A stretch of DNA of 64,000 nt from Thermodesulfobacteriota bacterium. GTDB lineage: Bacteria; Desulfobacterota_D; UBA1144; Nemesobacterales; Nemesobacteraceae. The position numbers were made by a program, and so were the translations under genes. Where the stretch lies: contig OZ241855.1 in the NCBI GenBank assembly GCA_965202785.1, forward strand, positions 1,408,001 to 1,472,000, in the 5' to 3' direction. This document shows, one piece after another, positions 60,886-64,000 of the stretch. Under the pieces are notes generated by a model. It did not search any database, had not been told where the DNA came from, and was given only the letters and a program-made list of their open reading frames with translations. Numbering within the stretch: the stretch's first letter is position 1; every line of letters begins with the position of its first letter.

Positions 60886-63453
60886 ATGCCTAAAGTCAGA
60901 ATACATCAGATAGCCAAAGAGCTGGGAATAAGCAGCAAAGAGGTAATAGATCAGAGCGTAAAACTTGGAATGAAAGTTACAAGTCACCAAAACGTAGTCT
61001 CGGATGCGGATGCCGAGAGAATAAAAAAGGCGCTTATTAGCGTTCCGGAGGAGACTTCTTCAGAAACGGCGGAAGAGCAGAAGGAAACCGTAAAGGTTTT
61101 CAAGTCCGAAACCGGTCATGACCTCGTTGAAAGAAGAAAGGGGTCTAGGGTCATCAGAAGAAGGAAGAAGATCGTAAAGCCGGAGCCCGAGCCTGTGCCT
61201 GTTGAAGCAGAAGCCGCTTCGGCCGCCGAGGAACCTGCGGAAATCAAGCCGGGGCCCGAGATTCCTGTTCCGTCCGAGCCCGTGGCAGCTGAAGCGCCCC
61301 AAGTTCCAAGTGCCGAGAGCGAAGCGATGCCCGAGGAGGCGCTTGAAGCTGAGCAATTACCCCAAGCCGAGGTTCCGCAGGAAGATGGTATTGAACTGAG
61401 GTCCGAGCCATCCCCCGAACCTGAAAAGGTCATTGAGGAAGAGGCTGATAAGGAAAAGCCTAAGCAGAAGAAAAAAGCTAAGAAGAGCAAACCCCTTAAA
61501 GAGGAAATACATGATGAAGAGACCTTGGAGCAACTCAAAAGAGCGTTTCGAACCAAGGTTCCCAGCAGAAAGGAATATGTAATACAGAACAAAAAGCCCA
61601 AACTGAGGCAGAATTTTGACGGATCCGGGAAAAACAGGGGGATCTACCCGGCAGATGGCCAGGACGGGAGAGTTGTTCCGGTTTCTCCCACCCACACATC
61701 GAAAAGAAACATCAAGATCGGCGAAACGATAGTGGTTTCCGAACTTGCGAAGATAATGAGCGTAAAGGCGTCGGAAGTCGCTAAAAAACTCATGACCATG
61801 GGTACGGGCGCAACGATCAACCAGTCAATTGACAGCGATACCGCCGAGCTTGTCGCCGATGAATTCGGTTTTAACGTGACCGTTGAGAGGTTTGTTGAAG
61901 AGGACCTGCTTTTTGATCAGGATGAGTCGGGCGATGCGGAGAAAATACCGTGCCCGCCGGTCGTTACAGTAATGGGACATGTTGATCACGGCAAGACCAC
62001 ACTTCTTGACTCTATAAGGGAAACCAATGTTGTCGCGGGAGAGGCCGGTGGAATAACGCAGCACATAGGCGCCTACGCAGTGAACATAAAGGATTCAACC
62101 ATAGTTTTCGTGGATACGCCCGGGCACGAGGCGTTTACTTCAATGAGGGCCCGCGGCGCGAGTATAACGGATATAGTGATTCTGGTAGTGGCGGCGGATG
62201 ACGGAGTAATGCCCCAGACGGTCGAAGCGGTTAACCACGCCAAAGCGGCCGGAGTTCCGATTATAGTAGCTATAAACAAAGTCGACAAGGAAGGTGCCGA
62301 TGTCGAAAAAATCAGGAGGGAACTCTCCGAGATAGATCTCATATCGGAACAGTGGGGAGGAGACACTCTTTTTGCCGAGGTTTCAGCGAAAAAGAAAAAG
62401 GGCATAAGCGAACTCCTTGAACTTGTCCTGCTCCAGGCCGATATACTTGAACTCAAGGCGTCGCCCGATAAAAAAGCAAACGGCGTGGTGGTGGAAGCGG
62501 AGCTTGACAAGGGCAGGGGAGCGGTCTCCACGGTCATAGTCAAGGAGGGAACTCTTCGGGTCGGAGATTGCGTTGTATCAGGGGTTCACAGCGGAAAAAT
62601 AAGGGCCCTTACAGATGACAAGGGCAAAGCGGTAAAAAGCGTAGGTCCTTCAATGCCCGTTAAGATCATGGGTCTCTCGGGAGTTGCCGAAGCCGGGGAA
62701 AAATTCCATGTGGTGAAAGATGAGAAGACAGCCAAGGAGGTAATTTCTCACCGTCTGGATAAGATCAGGTCCCACAAGGTGATCACCACTCCGAAGCTTT
62801 CGCTCGAGGAGCTTTTCAGCTCTATTGAAAACGAGGAAGCCAAGGAGCTGTCCCTCATTATAAAGGCTGATACTCAGGGCTCGGTTGAGGCTCTCAGGGA
62901 ATCTTTGGAAAAGCTTTCTACCGAGAAGTGCAGGGTAAAGATCGTTCACTCAGGGGCCGGAGGCATAAACGAGACGGATGTGGTTCTTGCAAGTGCCTCA
63001 AACGCGGTGGTGATAGGGTTTAACGTTCGCCCGGATGCCAACGCGCTCAGGATTTCTGAGAAGGAAGGGGTCTCTCTTGAACTTCATTCAATAATTTACG
63101 ATGTTGTAAACCGGGTAAAAAGCGCGATGGAGGGGCTTCTCGAGCCCATTAGCAAGGAAGTCGTGGTGGCCCACATGGACGTAAAGGAGCTTTTCCACGT
63201 GTCAAGAGTAGGGACTATCGCCGGATGCATGGTTTCTGACGGCAAGGTAAGCAGGGACAACAGCATCAGAGTGGTTCGGGACGGCACGGTTGTCTTTGAC
63301 GGCAAGGTAAGTTCTCTTAGGCGTTTTAAAGAGGACGTGAAGGAGGTCCCCTCGGGCTACGAATGCGGTATAACGATAGAGAATTTCAACGACGTTAAGC
63401 AGGGAGATGTCTTCGAACTCTACAAGCTTGAGGAGATAAAGCAGGAGCTTTGA
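60886..63453 (+). CDS. infB: Translation initiation factor IF-2
   Basis: [33 protein letters not shown]. Confidence 0.99.
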   Translation: MPKVRIHQIAKELGISSKEVIDQSVKLGMKVTSHQNVVSDADAERIKKALISVPEETSSETAEEQKETVKVFKSETGHDLVERRKGSRVIRRRKKIVKPEPEPVPVEAEAASAAEEPAEIKPGPEIPVPSEPVAAEAPQVPSAESEAMPEEALEAEQLPQAEVPQEDGIELRSEPSPEPEKVIEEEADKEKPKQKKKAKKSKPLKEEIHDEETLEQLKRAFRTKVPSRKEYVIQNKKPKLRQNFDGSGKNRGIYPADGQDGRVVPVSPTHTSKRNIKIGETIVVSELAKIMSVKASEVAKKLMTMGTGATINQSIDSDTAELVADEFGFNVTVERFVEEDLLFDQDESGDAEKIPCPPVVTVMGHVDHGKTTLLDSIRETNVVAGEAGGITQHIGAYAVNIKDSTIVFVDTPGHEAFTSMRARGASITDIVILVVAADDGVMPQTVEAVNHAKAAGVPIIVAINKVDKEGADVEKIRRELSEIDLISEQWGGDTLFAEVSAKKKKGISELLELVLLQADILELKASPDKKANGVVVEAELDKGRGAVSTVIVKEGTLRVGDCVVSGVHSGKIRALTDDKGKAVKSVGPSMPVKIMGLSGVAEAGEKFHVVKDEKTAKEVISHRLDKIRSHKVITTPKLSLEELFSSIENEEAKELSLIIKADTQGSVEALRESLEKLSTEKCRVKIVHSGAGGINETDVVLASASNAVVIGFNVRPDANALRISEKEGVSLELHSIIYDVVNRVKSAMEGLLEPISKEVVVAHMDVKELFHVSRVGTIAGCMVSDGKVSRDNSIRVVRDGTVVFDGKVSSLRRFKEDVKEVPSGYECGITIENFNDVKQGDVFELYKLEEIKQEL

Positions 63454-63469
63454 TATCTGGATTTTTTAA

Positions 63470-63760
63470 ATGGTAGTGGGCATAGCCAGATTTGAACTCT
63501 ACATGTCGGGCAACAGGTCTTTGAAAGATAAAAGACGCCTGGTAAAAAGCCTTGTGGAAAGGGCGAGGTCAAAATTCCCGAGTCTCTCGCTGACTGAAGT
63601 TGATTCCCTGGACCTAAAAGACAAAGCCACCATAGGGCTTGGGTATGTTTCCAACGATGCTTCTCTTGTAAATTCCGTTCTCGACAAGGTGACTTCCTAT
63701 ATAGAAAGCACGGGAAATTTCCGCATGGGTAAAAAAGAGATGGAAATCATCCATTTCTAA
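63470..63760 (+). CDS. DUF503 (YlxP) family protein
   Basis: SLKDKR motif; canonical position between infB and rbfA. Confidence 0.88.
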   Translation: MVVGIARFELYMSGNRSLKDKRRLVKSLVERARSKFPSLSLTEVDSLDLKDKATIGLGYVSNDASLVNSVLDKVTSYIESTGNFRMGKKEMEIIHF

Positions 63761-63770
63761 GCGAGCAGAG

Positions 63771-64000
63771 ATGTCTCACAGTTACAAAAGATCCGCGAGG
63801 ATATCCGATCTTCTCATAAAGGAGATATCCGAAATGCTGATACGCGGCAAGATCAAGGACCCCAGAGTGTCATCGGTAAGCATAACTGCTGTGAGGGTTA
63901 CAGAAGACATGGGCTACGCGAAGGTCTTTTTTACTTCTTTTGATGAACGCTCCGATACCCAGGAGATGCTTGAGGGACTGAGGAACGCTACCGGCTACAT
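63771..64000 (+). CDS. rbfA: Ribosome-binding factor A, 5' part (runs off the window)
   Basis: MSHSYKRSARISDLLIKEISEML..IKDPRV..VSITAVRVTEDMGYAKVF. Confidence 0.95.
   Translation, partial: MSHSYKRSARISDLLIKEISEMLIRGKIKDPRVSSVSITAVRVTEDMGYAKVFFTSFDERSDTQEMLEGLRNATGY

Noticed and set aside
61170-61500. Pro/Glu/Ala-rich low-complexity stretch in infB
   Set aside because: The variable IF2 N-terminal linker is routinely low-complexity, and no discrete DNA repeat was seen.

Overview
A 64-kb core-genome segment from a bacterium of moderate GC content. Gene content and protein style tentatively suggest a Desulfobacterota-related lineage such as Ca. Dadabacteria; this is inference only. The first 20 kb holds the 3' end of purD and a contiguous str-S10-spc-alpha ribosomal superoperon (rpsL to rplQ) that lacks rpmD/L30. 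Housekeeping genes follow (pdxH, menG/ubiE, metF, alr, dtd, smpB + tmRNA, rdgB, pyrG, RNase II-like, FprA-type reductase, ptsP, gltA, rarA, gloA), then a solo TnpB element, a Cys-type (System I*) ccmABCDEF cluster, rsmE, cobA-hemD, uvrB and rimP-nusA-infB-DUF503-rbfA (partial). Most notable: (1) a catalytically intact, transposase-less TnpB element whose right-end hairpin supplies the start codon of gloA via a TGATG overlap; (2) a ~150-nt long hairpin RNA between a sigma70 promoter and metF; (3) a tuf gene with a sharply bounded G-rich/C-poor codon signature; (4) a multi-stem leader before gltA; (5) an unannotated 46-aa Lys-rich ORF; (6) a CcmC apparently lacking its second heme-ligating His. 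All structures were paired by eye and no database search was run.
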